From Lentisphaeria bacterium (GTDB taxonomy: Bacteria; Verrucomicrobiota; Lentisphaeria; Victivallales; UBA1829), in contig JAFZZR010000099.1 of NCBI GenBank assembly GCA_017615635.1, positions 6,618-70,617 on the forward strand: a stretch of DNA of 64,000 nt, given 5' to 3'. Of this stretch, positions 39,850-49,416 are shown piece after piece (position 1 is the first letter of the stretch; every line of letters begins with the position of its first letter). The translations under genes were made by a program, and so were the position numbers. The notes beneath the pieces are model-generated. The model was not told where the DNA came from and ran no database searches. It saw nothing but the letters and a program-made list of their open reading frames with translations.

Positions 39850-40856
39850 GATCTCTTCTCTCCCCCTTCCAGCGGATCCGGGCCGGGCCCGGCAATCAGC
39901 TTTTCCGCCCGAAACGCCGCATTTTCGAAGATATCCGAATCCGCGGTAAACCGGGCAAATTTAACCATATCGGCGGCTTCCAGAAAGCTCCGGAGGAACT
40001 TCCGGTCCGACTCCGTCACAGGGGAATCCGCCCGGTTCAGCTCCCGGAGGAACTCGCCGGTCGTCTGCCGTTCCGCACGGAGGTGATACTGCTCTTCCAG
40101 AAAGTGCCGGACGATGTCCGTAAGCTCCGCCATTGCCGCGGCGGCGGATTCCCGGCTCTGCTCCACCCGCTGCCGAAGCTGGCGGATGGCGTCCAGGGCG
40201 ATGTCGCGCAGGCTCATGGCGGGAGCGGCATTCTTTCCGCGCCGCCGGAACAGGAAGACGGCCAGGACGGCCAGAAGGATCAGGACCGCGCCTCCGATCA
40301 CGAAAAGAAGGATAGGATGCTTCTTCTCCTTTTCCGCGATTTCCCCGGCGGTAAGAAGCTCGTCCGCGTTATCGCCCGTATCGATCTCGCTCACGTCCAG
40401 CGCCGGGATCTCCTCTTCGAACATGGTGAGATTCCCGTCCGGCCCGCGCACCGAAAACCGGAGCGTCCCCTTCCCCGTCTCGCCCGTCCGATAAGGCTGC
40501 AGCGGAAATTCAAGAGTCCAGTCCGTGGCGCCCCAGGTGATCTTCCCGGACCGGCAGACCGGATCGGAGATCAGCTGGACGCCGTCGCCGGGCGTCAGAT
40601 CGGGCTTCTGCGGGAGCGATCCCCAGGGAGCCCGGACCACGACCGTGCAGAGGGCGGGCGATCCCAGAGCGACCTTGTCGCCGCCGGGAAATCCGGCAGG
40701 CTGAATCAGGACCGGGGGGGGCGGATTTTTAGAGATCCGGACATACTCGATGAGGCAGACGGCGCCGGCCAGGAGCGACAGGATGAAGACACCCAGCACG
40801 GCATAAAAAAGGATCCGGAAGAAAGTATGGGATCTTCTGCGTTCTCCGTTCTTCAT
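39846..40856 (-). CDS. Bat-operon membrane protein
   Basis: Two TM segments; LTDIVRHFLE...QTTGEFL...ADMVKFA C-domain. Confidence 0.7.
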   Translation of the reverse strand: MKNGERRRSHTFFRILFYAVLGVFILSLLAGAVCLIEYVRISKNPPPPVLIQPAGFPGGDKVALGSPALCTVVVRAPWGSLPQKPDLTPGDGVQLISDPVCRSGKITWGATDWTLEFPLQPYRTGETGKGTLRFSVRGPDGNLTMFEEEIPALDVSEIDTGDNADELLTAGEIAEKEKKHPILLFVIGGAVLILLAVLAVFLFRRRGKNAAPAMSLRDIALDAIRQLRQRVEQSRESAAAAMAELTDIVRHFLEEQYHLRAERQTTGEFLRELNRADSPVTESDRKFLRSFLEAADMVKFARFTADSDIFENAAFRAEKLIAGPGPDPLEGGEKRS

Positions 40857-40859
40857 TGC

Positions 40860-41741
40860 TCAGCTCCTTCCCCTGTGGTGTCTCCGGCTCCGGAAGAAGC
40901 CGATAAGCGGCCGGACGATGTCCTCTCCGGTGGTCAGATCCACCATATCCACGCCGATCCGGCGGAATGTCTCCTCGGTCTTTTTCCGGAGCGAAAGCTG
41001 CGCCGCAGCATATTTTGCGGAGGGAGCTCCGGCGGAGAAGAGCCGTCCGGTTTCGGAGTCTCTCAAATTCAGATGCATCCGGGCGAGAGCAAGTTTTTCC
41101 TCGAAGGGGTCATGCACGCGGAAGACGGCGGCATCGTGTTTCCGGTTCAGCAGTTTCAGACTGCGTTCGAAATCGCCGCTTTCCGCGAAATCGCCGATGA
41201 GGAATACGACGGCCCGCTTCTTCTGGGCGCGGGAGATGAATTCCAGGGGACAGGCCAGATCCGTTTTCCGGTTCGGCTCGGGCTCCCGTGCCACCAGTTC
41301 CCGGAGGATCCGCAGAACGTGACGGCGTCCGGCGCGCGGCGGGAGGAAGAATTCGATCTTATCGGAAAAGAGGATCAGTCCCACCTTGTCATGGTTCCGG
41401 ATGGCGCTGAAAGCCAGGAGCGCGGCGGCCGAGGCGGCGGTTTCCGCCTTGGTCTCTTCGCCGGATCCGAAGCGCATGGAGGAGGAGACGTCCACGGCGA
41501 GGAGCACGGTCAGCTCCCGCTCCTCCACATACTTCTTGATGTGAGCGGTCCCCGTCCGCGCCGTGACATTCCAGTCGATATCGCGCACGTCGTCCTCCGG
41601 TGCGTAGGCCCGGACTTCGCTGAACTCGATACCCCGGCCTTTGAACATGCTGTGATAGGCGCCGCCTATGATGTCCTCGACCGTTTTCCGGGTCCGGATC
41701 TCGATCTTCCGCACCCGGGCGATCAGTTCTCTGGTCTGCAT
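40860..41741 (-). CDS. DUF58 protein
   Basis: GIEFSEVRAY, DIDWNVTAR, VDVSSSM. Confidence 0.92.
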   Translation of the reverse strand: MQTRELIARVRKIEIRTRKTVEDIIGGAYHSMFKGRGIEFSEVRAYAPEDDVRDIDWNVTARTGTAHIKKYVEERELTVLLAVDVSSSMRFGSGEETKAETAASAAALLAFSAIRNHDKVGLILFSDKIEFFLPPRAGRRHVLRILRELVAREPEPNRKTDLACPLEFISRAQKKRAVVFLIGDFAESGDFERSLKLLNRKHDAAVFRVHDPFEEKLALARMHLNLRDSETGRLFSAGAPSAKYAAAQLSLRKKTEETFRRIGVDMVDLTTGEDIVRPLIGFFRSRRHHRGRS

Positions 41742-41762
41742 GACCCGTTCCCCCCTGCCGGG

Positions 41763-42785
41763 TTACGGCGTTCTAAGTTCATCGAGGATGGTCTGGATCA
41801 GGTTGTCCGGAGTCACGTTTTCGGCCTCGGCCTCATAGCTGGGAACGATTCTGTGACGGAGCACATCCGGCGCGACATCCTTCACATCCTGCGGGACCAC
41901 ATAGCAGCGGCCCTCCAGGAAGGCCAGGCCCTTGGCGGCCAGAGTCAGGGCGATGCCGGCCCGGGGCGAAGCGCCGAATTGGATCAGTTCCGACAGATTG
42001 CCCAGACGCACGCCCTGCTGACGACCGGAAAGGGATCCGGCATATCCGGGCCGCGTGGCAATGACGATATCCAGGATGTATTCCAGGATCTTGTCGTCGG
42101 CATAGACTTTATCGACCCAGCCGCGCGCCTGGACGATCTCTTCCAGCTTTGCCACGGGCATGGCCCGCACGTCGAGCTGAGGATGGGCCATGCGCTCGAT
42201 GACCGTTTTTTCCGCATCGCGGGCGGGATATCCGACCTGCAGTTTGAACATAAAGCGGTCCACCTGTGCCTCGGGAAGCGGATAGGTTCCCTCCTGCTCG
42301 ATGGGGTTCTGCGTGGCCAGGACAAGGAAGGGCGAAGGCATTTTCCGGGTCTCGCCGGAGATGGTGGCCTGACGTTCCTGCATGCACTCCAGAAGGGCAC
42401 TCTGAACTTTTGCCGGCGCGCGGTTGATCTCGTCGGCCAGAACCAGATTGGCGAAAACCGGCCCTTCCTTCAGCTGGAACGTGTGGTCGTTCTGATTGTA
42501 AATCATGGTACCCGTCACGTCCGAAGGCAGAAGGTCCGGCGTAAACTGGATCCTCGAAAACGTTCCGTCGAGCGCCTGCGCCAGCGTTTTCACCAGCAGA
42601 GTCTTGGCCAGGCCGGGGACACCTTCCAGAAGAACATGTCCGTCTGCAATCAGCGCCAGAAGCATACGGTCCAGCAGTTTTTCCTGTCCGGCCAGGAACC
42701 GGTTGACTTCCGTCCGGAGCGGGCGGATAAATGCGGCGGCATCCGCGATTTTCGACTGGAGATCCCGCAGTTCTTCCTGATTCAT
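41763..42785 (-). CDS. MoxR family AAA+ ATPase
   Basis: EGVPGLAKT, RIQFTPDLLPSD, ADEINRAPAKVQSALLE, ATQNPIEQEG. Confidence 0.96.
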   Translation of the reverse strand: MNQEELRDLQSKIADAAAFIRPLRTEVNRFLAGQEKLLDRMLLALIADGHVLLEGVPGLAKTLLVKTLAQALDGTFSRIQFTPDLLPSDVTGTMIYNQNDHTFQLKEGPVFANLVLADEINRAPAKVQSALLECMQERQATISGETRKMPSPFLVLATQNPIEQEGTYPLPEAQVDRFMFKLQVGYPARDAEKTVIERMAHPQLDVRAMPVAKLEEIVQARGWVDKVYADDKILEYILDIVIATRPGYAGSLSGRQQGVRLGNLSELIQFGASPRAGIALTLAAKGLAFLEGRCYVVPQDVKDVAPDVLRHRIVPSYEAEAENVTPDNLIQTILDELRTP

Positions 42786-42988
42786 GATAATCGCCTCCAT
42801 TTTCTGATTGTGTTTCATTACGATGAATCTTCCGGGCAGAATAGACAACGCACCGGTGAAAATGTTCCCACGGCGATGCGCCCGCACCTCATCCGTTTGA
42901 AAAGAGCCCGCATCCGGAGTATATTACCGGAGCGCCGGAGAAGAAGATCCGGTACGCACAGCACGATTCGCAGGAAAGCTTTGTTTTT

Positions 42989-43642
42989 ATGGATCCATCT
43001 CGCGATACAGTATTCACGGCAGTCCGACACGGTCAGACCGGCGCCAATCTTTCGGGCGTTCTTCAGGGGCATCTGGATACCCCGCTGGACGAAATCGGAC
43101 GCGCCCAGGCGCGGATCGCGGCGGAACGGCTGAAGCAGGAAACCTTCGACCTTTTTTATACCAGCGATCTGTCCCGGGCACTTGAAACGGCACGGATCAT
43201 CGGCGAAGCGCTGAAGATGGAGCCCGTTCCCCTGCCGGATCTGCGGGAATGGCATCTGGGCGAGCTGGAAGGACGGCCTCACGATGAACTCAAGAACGAG
43301 TTCCCGGAAGTCATCCGGTCCTTCCGGCACGACATAACCGACGACATCCCGGTCCCCGGCGGCGAATCCCGGAACGAATTTTTCGCCCGGGTGGCGAACA
43401 GTCTGGACCGGCTCCGGCTGGAAAATCCGGGGGCGCGCATTCTGCTCGTCACGCACGGCGGGACCCTGCGCGCCGTCTACCGGCATATTGCGGGCGTGAT
43501 CGATCCCGGGTGCCTGATCCCCCAGCCCGTCAATGCGGGGATCAGCCGGTTCCGCTACCATGAGGGCTCCTGGCAGATGCTCAGCTGGAACGAGACCGCC
43601 CATCTGGCGGGGATCGGACAGAAGGAAAGCCTGGCATTCTGA
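42989..43642 (+). CDS. Histidine phosphatase (phosphoglycerate mutase family)
   Basis: RHGQT, SDLSRA, LRE, VTHGG. Confidence 0.92.
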   Translation: MDPSRDTVFTAVRHGQTGANLSGVLQGHLDTPLDEIGRAQARIAAERLKQETFDLFYTSDLSRALETARIIGEALKMEPVPLPDLREWHLGELEGRPHDELKNEFPEVIRSFRHDITDDIPVPGGESRNEFFARVANSLDRLRLENPGARILLVTHGGTLRAVYRHIAGVIDPGCLIPQPVNAGISRFRYHEGSWQMLSWNETAHLAGIGQKESLAF

Positions 43643-43794
43643 TGATTTTCCGAAAATCCGGAAAAAAGAAAGGATTTTGATTTGTATTTCCACGAATCGC
43701 AGGTGATATTAACGGACCGCAATGCTTCGGACGGGCCGTCGGGCGCCATCCGGACGATTTGCGTGCCAAGCCATCAACACGAGGAACCGAAGAT

Positions 43795-44280
43795 ATGAAA
43801 AAAGCTGCTCCCTTTTCCGTTCTCTGCCGATATTTTCTCCTCCTTGCATCCGCACTTCTGACCGGATCCGCCCTCCTCTCCTGCGCAAGCGACGGCAAGC
43901 CCGAACTGGATCCCTCCTACACGCCCGGCCCGAACGACAAGCTGACGCGGAGCGAACTCATTACTCTCATCAACGCCGGACAGGAATTCGCGGTCCATTC
44001 GGAATCCGTGAAAAAGCGTCTGACACCGGAGCAGTGCCGCTATGTCCGGAACACGCAGCCTTCCGTGCGGGAAGTCTATTATGCGCCGAAGTACGGACTG
44101 CTGGAGATGCGCTGGAAAATCTCCAAACACTCGGTACTCATTCTACGATCCCGGGGTTATCTGAACAGAGACAAGCAGAACTGGGAGCTGGAGATCTGCA
44201 CCGTCCAGGAAACCGCGCCCGTTCCCGAGGGACTCCTTTCCCCGGAACTGGAGAAGAGTCTCGCGCTCCCGCCGAAGTGA
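43795..44280 (+). CDS. Hypothetical lipoprotein
   Basis: RBS GAGGA; lipobox LLSC. Confidence 0.65.
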   Translation: MKKAAPFSVLCRYFLLLASALLTGSALLSCASDGKPELDPSYTPGPNDKLTRSELITLINAGQEFAVHSESVKKRLTPEQCRYVRNTQPSVREVYYAPKYGLLEMRWKISKHSVLILRSRGYLNRDKQNWELEICTVQETAPVPEGLLSPELEKSLALPPK

Positions 44281-44421
44281 CCCGGATCCGGTGTTTTTTT
44301 CGCGGACGGATGCTTGAATAATCGGAGACACGTGCTACTGTAACGGAGACGAAAACGGGCCCGGCAGATGCCGGGTCTTTTTCATGTACCGGAAGAAGGA
44401 AAAAACAGGAGAAGATCAATC

Positions 44422-45288
44422 ATGGCTGAAATTCAGGTTCTGGGAAGTGCGGCGGCGGAAGGCATTCCCGCCATTTTCTGCAACTGCCGCGTCTGCCGCG
44501 AAGCGTGGAAAAACGGCGGCAAGGACATCCGTCTGCGCACCGCATACAAGCTGAGCGACGCGGTCCGCGTGGATTTCGGGCCGGACACGCTGTCGCAGGA
44601 GTATCGGTATCAGCTTCATTCCGAACGGCTGAAGCATCTCTTCATCACGCACAGCCATGAAGATCACTGCGTTCCGGACCTGCTTTCCTACCGGATGCCC
44701 GGATTCTCCAAGGTGGAGGAAGACAACATCCTGAACATTTACGGGAATGCCGGAATTATCCATAAACTGCAGAAGTTTTTCTGGAGCAAACCGTTTCCCT
44801 ATTTCAACGGCGATTACACACGTTTTCGGCTGAACCTGGTCACGCTGGAAGCATATAAGCCCGTCATTCTGGAAGAGGAGAATATGGAATTCCTGCCTGT
44901 CCCCGCCGACCATCAGATCGGAATGCCAGGTGAACTGCCGCAGATCTTCGTGATCCGCGACGGATCTTCCCGGGCTCTGATCGCCAACGACACGGGTTTC
45001 CTCCGGGAAGAAGCCTGGCAGTTCCTGGAAGAGAAGAAGTTCAAGTTCGATCTGGTTATTTCCGACTGCACCGGAGGTCTCAAGGACAACGAACGGGGCC
45101 ACATGAGCGGGAAATTCGTTCTGGAGACAAAGGCCCGGCTGGAAAAGATGGGCAGCGTCACGGATTCCACAAAGTACTTCATCAATCACTTCTCCCACAA
45201 CGGACAGGCCACCCACGCGGAGCTGGAAGCACATTACAATCCGTACGGGATCCAAGTGGCATACGACGGCCTGACCATTTCGTACTGA
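44422..45288 (+). CDS. Metallo-beta-lactamase fold hydrolase (PhnP-like)
   Basis: LGSAAAEGIP..CNCRVC; THSHEDH; NHFSH. Confidence 0.85.
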   Translation: MAEIQVLGSAAAEGIPAIFCNCRVCREAWKNGGKDIRLRTAYKLSDAVRVDFGPDTLSQEYRYQLHSERLKHLFITHSHEDHCVPDLLSYRMPGFSKVEEDNILNIYGNAGIIHKLQKFFWSKPFPYFNGDYTRFRLNLVTLEAYKPVILEEENMEFLPVPADHQIGMPGELPQIFVIRDGSSRALIANDTGFLREEAWQFLEEKKFKFDLVISDCTGGLKDNERGHMSGKFVLETKARLEKMGSVTDSTKYFINHFSHNGQATHAELEAHYNPYGIQVAYDGLTISY

Positions 45289-45325
45289 AGAGGCGGCCGC
45301 CTTCCGGTCCGGCGGTCCGGGTCTG

Positions 45326-46102
45326 TTATAAACCCCAGTCCGCCGGATCCGCGGAAGATTCCAGCTTCTGTTCCTGCTCGTCGGGCAGACCGCTGAAGAA
45401 ATCGCAGCCGGTCCGCTTTTCCACTTCGTCCACGGTCACGATGAAGCTGCCCAGTCTTTTTTTCGTGGTCTCGTTCGGAATGATGAAGCCGATCATCTTT
45501 TCCGGAGGCGTCGTATCCAGAACGACCTTGTAAAAGGACTGCGGGATCCGGATCCCCGTATCTTTCAGGAATCTGTCGTCCGCCGAAAAGATCGGGCCGG
45601 TGATAACGCAGATCCGCCCTTCCTTCCGGGCCCAGTTCCGCACCTGCTGCTCCAGCCGTTTCCAGATACCCCGGTTGCAGCCCGGCATCTGCGGCGATAT
45701 ATTGCTCATATAAAAGCTGTTCCGCATAGTCTCCTCCGAATACGTGAAATCCGCCGCCGGCGCCAGATGGCCCTTGTCGTAGCCGGTCTTCCGGTAGTCC
45801 CGGGGATACACAGGGTTTTCCACCAGAGGATCCGGACGGAACATGTTGGACCGCGCCACCCGGGGCAGCTCCAGTGTCTCCGCGGTCAATATGTAGCAGA
45901 CCCAGATGGCCTGTCTTTCCTTTTTGCCGTATCCGATGGAGAATCCCCTGCGGGAGAGGAGCTGATCCGGAGGACTGGGGATGCCGTAGGAGAGATTTAC
46001 GGACGCATCGTCAGGCGGCAGTCCGCGCAGAACGCCGCTGAGCATCAGCGTTGCGAACAGAAGAGAAAACATCACTCTGCGCCATGATCTGAGGAACGGC
46101 AT
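45326..46102 (-). CDS. DNA/RNA non-specific endonuclease, secreted
   Basis: YDKGHLAPAAD, SNISPQ...NRGIW..LE. Confidence 0.93.
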   Translation of the reverse strand: MPFLRSWRRVMFSLLFATLMLSGVLRGLPPDDASVNLSYGIPSPPDQLLSRRGFSIGYGKKERQAIWVCYILTAETLELPRVARSNMFRPDPLVENPVYPRDYRKTGYDKGHLAPAADFTYSEETMRNSFYMSNISPQMPGCNRGIWKRLEQQVRNWARKEGRICVITGPIFSADDRFLKDTGIRIPQSFYKVVLDTTPPEKMIGFIIPNETTKKRLGSFIVTVDEVEKRTGCDFFSGLPDEQEQKLESSADPADWGL

Positions 46103-46286
46103 TCGACCTCCCTGCATATTGTTGTCGATCCTGTAACGTAGTATACCCCCTATGCGTGAAAAAAGCAAACGGCGGAACGGGAATATCTTCGGATAAAAAG
46201 AGAGCGGGGCTCTTGACTTTGGCATCTTGCGTGATATGTTTTCTCCATTCCTCAAAAAAGTATGATACCAACGGGAGAATCTCCGC

Positions 46287-47561
46287 ATGATGAATATGGA
46301 ATCCGCAACTTCTTCCCCGAACAGGACGAACGACTCTTTCGAAAAAGCCTTCCGGACGGTCCACGACCATATCGTGGAGATCATGCCGAAGATCCGCCGG
46401 GAACCTACGGGATGTCTTCGCGCGCCCTTTCTGACCGTCACCTGGGGCGCCTGCTACGCGGGCGTCTACGGATGGGACGATCATTTCATGACGCTGCGTT
46501 TTGCCGCGGACGGGAAAATCGAAGAGCTGAAGAACTATCTGACGAATATGCTCTCCAGTCAGAGGGAGGACGGCTATATTCCGAACATCTACAACGACAG
46601 GGGACCGACGCGTCTGGCGTTTCATGCGCAGCCGTTTCTTGCGCAGAATGCGGCTGTTTATCTTTCCCTGGGGGGCGAGGAAGATTTTGTGCGGGGGCTT
46701 TTTCCGAAGTTCACGGCCTATCTGAACTACTACTATCAGGCCATGCACTGGGAAAAAGGGCTCTGCTGCTGGCCGGAAACATACATGTCGGGGATCGACA
46801 ATGAAATTTCCGGCACGCTCTATCCCATCAATACCATGCTGGCGGCCGACCTGAACGCCTATCTGTATCTGGAATGCAAAGCCATGAAGTATCTGGCGGA
46901 CCGGCTCGGGCTCCCCGCGGGCGAAAACGAACCGCGTGCCGCCGCGCTGGCCGAAGCGGTCAATGCCTGTCTCTGGGATGAAGAGTACGGCTTCTACGGG
47001 AATTACAATACACAGTCCGGAGCGGTTCAGCTGGCTCTGTTCCGCGGGCGCCCCGACGGAGTGGGGAAATACAGTTTTCTGAGCGGAGTGGCCATCCCGG
47101 TCCTGTATGCCGGGCTTGCGTCTCCGGAGCGCGCCGAACGGATGGTGCGCGGATATCTTATGGATCCGAAGCACTTCCTCAGCGATTACGGATTCCGCAG
47201 TCTTTCCCGGTCCAGCGAATACTACAACAACGCCGTATGGGGCAATCCGCCCCGGTTCGGCAATCCGGCCCGGCTCACCAATTCAAACTGGCAGGGACCC
47301 GTCTGGGTCGTCCAGAATTATCAGGCGATCCTCGGACTTCTCCGGTACGGATACAGGGACGAGGCACGGCTGGTGACGGAACGGCTGATCCGTGCCCTGG
47401 CCGCCGGCATCGAAAAATACGGATTCATGCGGGAGAATATGGATGCGGAAACCGGCGAACCGCTGTATGCGGATAAATTCGCGTCCTGGAACCTGCTGGC
47501 CGACCTGCTTCCGAGCTTCGTCGAAGGGAAACCGCCGTTCCGGAACTTCCCCTGGGAGTAA
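46287..47561 (+). CDS. GH63/MGH1-like (trehalase-like) glycoside hydrolase
   Basis: YGWDDHF, QPFLAQ, SGIDN, WQGPVW, RENMD. Confidence 0.82.
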   Translation: MMNMESATSSPNRTNDSFEKAFRTVHDHIVEIMPKIRREPTGCLRAPFLTVTWGACYAGVYGWDDHFMTLRFAADGKIEELKNYLTNMLSSQREDGYIPNIYNDRGPTRLAFHAQPFLAQNAAVYLSLGGEEDFVRGLFPKFTAYLNYYYQAMHWEKGLCCWPETYMSGIDNEISGTLYPINTMLAADLNAYLYLECKAMKYLADRLGLPAGENEPRAAALAEAVNACLWDEEYGFYGNYNTQSGAVQLALFRGRPDGVGKYSFLSGVAIPVLYAGLASPERAERMVRGYLMDPKHFLSDYGFRSLSRSSEYYNNAVWGNPPRFGNPARLTNSNWQGPVWVVQNYQAILGLLRYGYRDEARLVTERLIRALAAGIEKYGFMRENMDAETGEPLYADKFASWNLLADLLPSFVEGKPPFRNFPWE

Positions 47562-47659
47562 GAGAAAGGCGGAGCAGTCCGCGGAGACAAAGGAAAGAGC
47601 CGTGCGGGAGACTCGCTTCCCGACATGGCTCTTTTCGTTTCTAAATCCGTTCGAACGTC

Positions 47660-48685
47660 TTACGATTTCAAAAACAGATCCATGGCCGACCAGGCATCGG
47701 CCTTGTAGAACCGGTGGCCGCCATTTCCGACCACCAGACGGCAGCGGTCCGGACAACCGGCGGCCCGATAGGCCTCCTGCGCCCGGCGGAACTCCTCCTC
47801 TGCGGGGCCCAGGGGGAAGATCGTGTCGTCCCTGCCGTTGATGATCACCAGGTATTTCGGAGCACACAGGGCCGCCAGATCTCCCATGTCGCCCCATTCC
47901 AGCATACCGGGGAAGTAGTTGCAGTGACAATGCGGAACGGCCAGGATCGAATCGCGATAGGTGGAGAAGCAGCAGGACGGCATGACGTGAGTAAGCCGGT
48001 CCAGAATCGCGCCGGAATAGATGGACGCGGTGCCGCCTCCGGAATTGCCGGTCACGCCGATCAGATCCTTCCGCAGGTCGGATCGGGTATAAATGAAATC
48101 GATGGCCCGGTCGATATCGAAAACACGGTTTCCGATCAGCGTTTCGCCGAACATGAACGCATGGGGAGCCTGGATCGCGCATCCCGGCGTACGGTCCGAA
48201 TTCACGCTGTTCTCGCCGAATGCGCGCTGTTCGATGCAGATCGCCGCATACCCCTTTTCCAGACACTGCAGAGCCAGATCACGGTCTCCGGTCTCGGTCC
48301 GGGGCGTGGTCTCGTCCTGCCATTTCACTTTCAGCGATACATGCATGCCCGTTCCGTGTCCCTGCACACAGATCCAGACGGGGAACGGCCCCTGCCCTTC
48401 GGGGATGCAAAGATAAATGGGGAAAGAGTATCCCTTTTCGGCCTGCAGCGTCATCTTGGTGACGGTCCCGTTTTCCACTTTGCGCTGCCACAGGATTTTC
48501 GGCGAAAGAGGCACGCGCTCCGCAAAGAATTTTCGGGTGAGGCCCAGGCGGTCCATCAGATCGGCGCGGGCCGATTTCTTCCACTCTTCGAAGGGGACGT
48601 CCGGACGGAACCGGAAGGCGCCCGTTATGGTTTTTTGCCGTTCGATGGAAACTTTGTCCGGATACTGGATCAATTCGTCGCTCAT
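47660..48685 (-). CDS. Alpha/beta hydrolase (acetyl esterase-like)
   Basis: QGHG, GNSGGG nucleophile elbow, DTIFP, GGHRF. Confidence 0.85.
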   Translation of the reverse strand: MSDELIQYPDKVSIERQKTITGAFRFRPDVPFEEWKKSARADLMDRLGLTRKFFAERVPLSPKILWQRKVENGTVTKMTLQAEKGYSFPIYLCIPEGQGPFPVWICVQGHGTGMHVSLKVKWQDETTPRTETGDRDLALQCLEKGYAAICIEQRAFGENSVNSDRTPGCAIQAPHAFMFGETLIGNRVFDIDRAIDFIYTRSDLRKDLIGVTGNSGGGTASIYSGAILDRLTHVMPSCCFSTYRDSILAVPHCHCNYFPGMLEWGDMGDLAALCAPKYLVIINGRDDTIFPLGPAEEEFRRAQEAYRAAGCPDRCRLVVGNGGHRFYKADAWSAMDLFLKS

Positions 48686-48880
48686 GAAAACTCTCCTGTA
48701 TTTTTGCGGCCGGGGGCCGTTTCCGTACTATACACTCGCCGTACGATTTTTGCAAGAATTCAGCATTCGGAAGGGTTCCGTTTCCGATTTTTCTTTGGAA
48801 TCGGGAAAAAGCATGCTATATTAGACTTGAAGTCAGCGAAAAAACGGAGTCTGAACAATTACGGAAGGAGTTCACAAATC

Positions 48881-49384
48881 ATGAATCTGAAAAAAACGAT
48901 CGCCTCGTTTCTCGCGCTCGGCAGTCTCTGCTTCTGCGGCATGGGAAATCTCTCCGCGGACGACGCCGCGTCGGCCCCGGAACCGAAAACGGTGGAGGAC
49001 GTCTGCGCCTTTCTGAAGAAAACGGGCGTGTACTATCTGGCCACAGTGGACGGGGATCAGCCCCGGGTGCGTCCCTTCGGCACCGTGATGCTGTTCGAGG
49101 GGAAGCTGTACATTCAGACGGGGAAGAAAAAGAACGTATCCCATCAGATCGCGAAAAACGGAAAAGTGGAACTCTGCGCCTTCGACGGGTCCACGTGGCT
49201 CCGGCTCTCCGGGACACTGGTGGACGACGACCGGCGCGAGCCCAAGGCCGCCATGCTGGACGCCTATCCCAATCTGAAGAAAATGTACAGTCCGGACGAC
49301 GGGAACACGCAGGTTCTGTACTTCAAAGACGCCACGGCCGTCTTCAATTCCTTCAGCCGTCCGCCTGTCACCGTAACATTCTGA
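48881..49384 (+). CDS. Pyridoxamine 5'-phosphate oxidase-like flavin-binding protein with N-terminal signal-like extension
   Basis: YYLATVDGDQPRVRPFG; RBS AAGGAG; promoter TTGGAA-N16-TATATT at 48795-48822. Confidence 0.85.
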   Translation: MNLKKTIASFLALGSLCFCGMGNLSADDAASAPEPKTVEDVCAFLKKTGVYYLATVDGDQPRVRPFGTVMLFEGKLYIQTGKKKNVSHQIAKNGKVELCAFDGSTWLRLSGTLVDDDRREPKAAMLDAYPNLKKMYSPDDGNTQVLYFKDATAVFNSFSRPPVTVTF

Positions 49385-49416
49385 TTTTTCTCTTATAAAA
49401 GAACGGTCACGCACAA

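Noticed and set aside
40083-43133. Long antisense ORFs (also 51-1844, 3038-5368, 36468-38156, 59478-62846)
   Set aside because: Shadow frames of real genes in GC-rich DNA with no recognisable motifs
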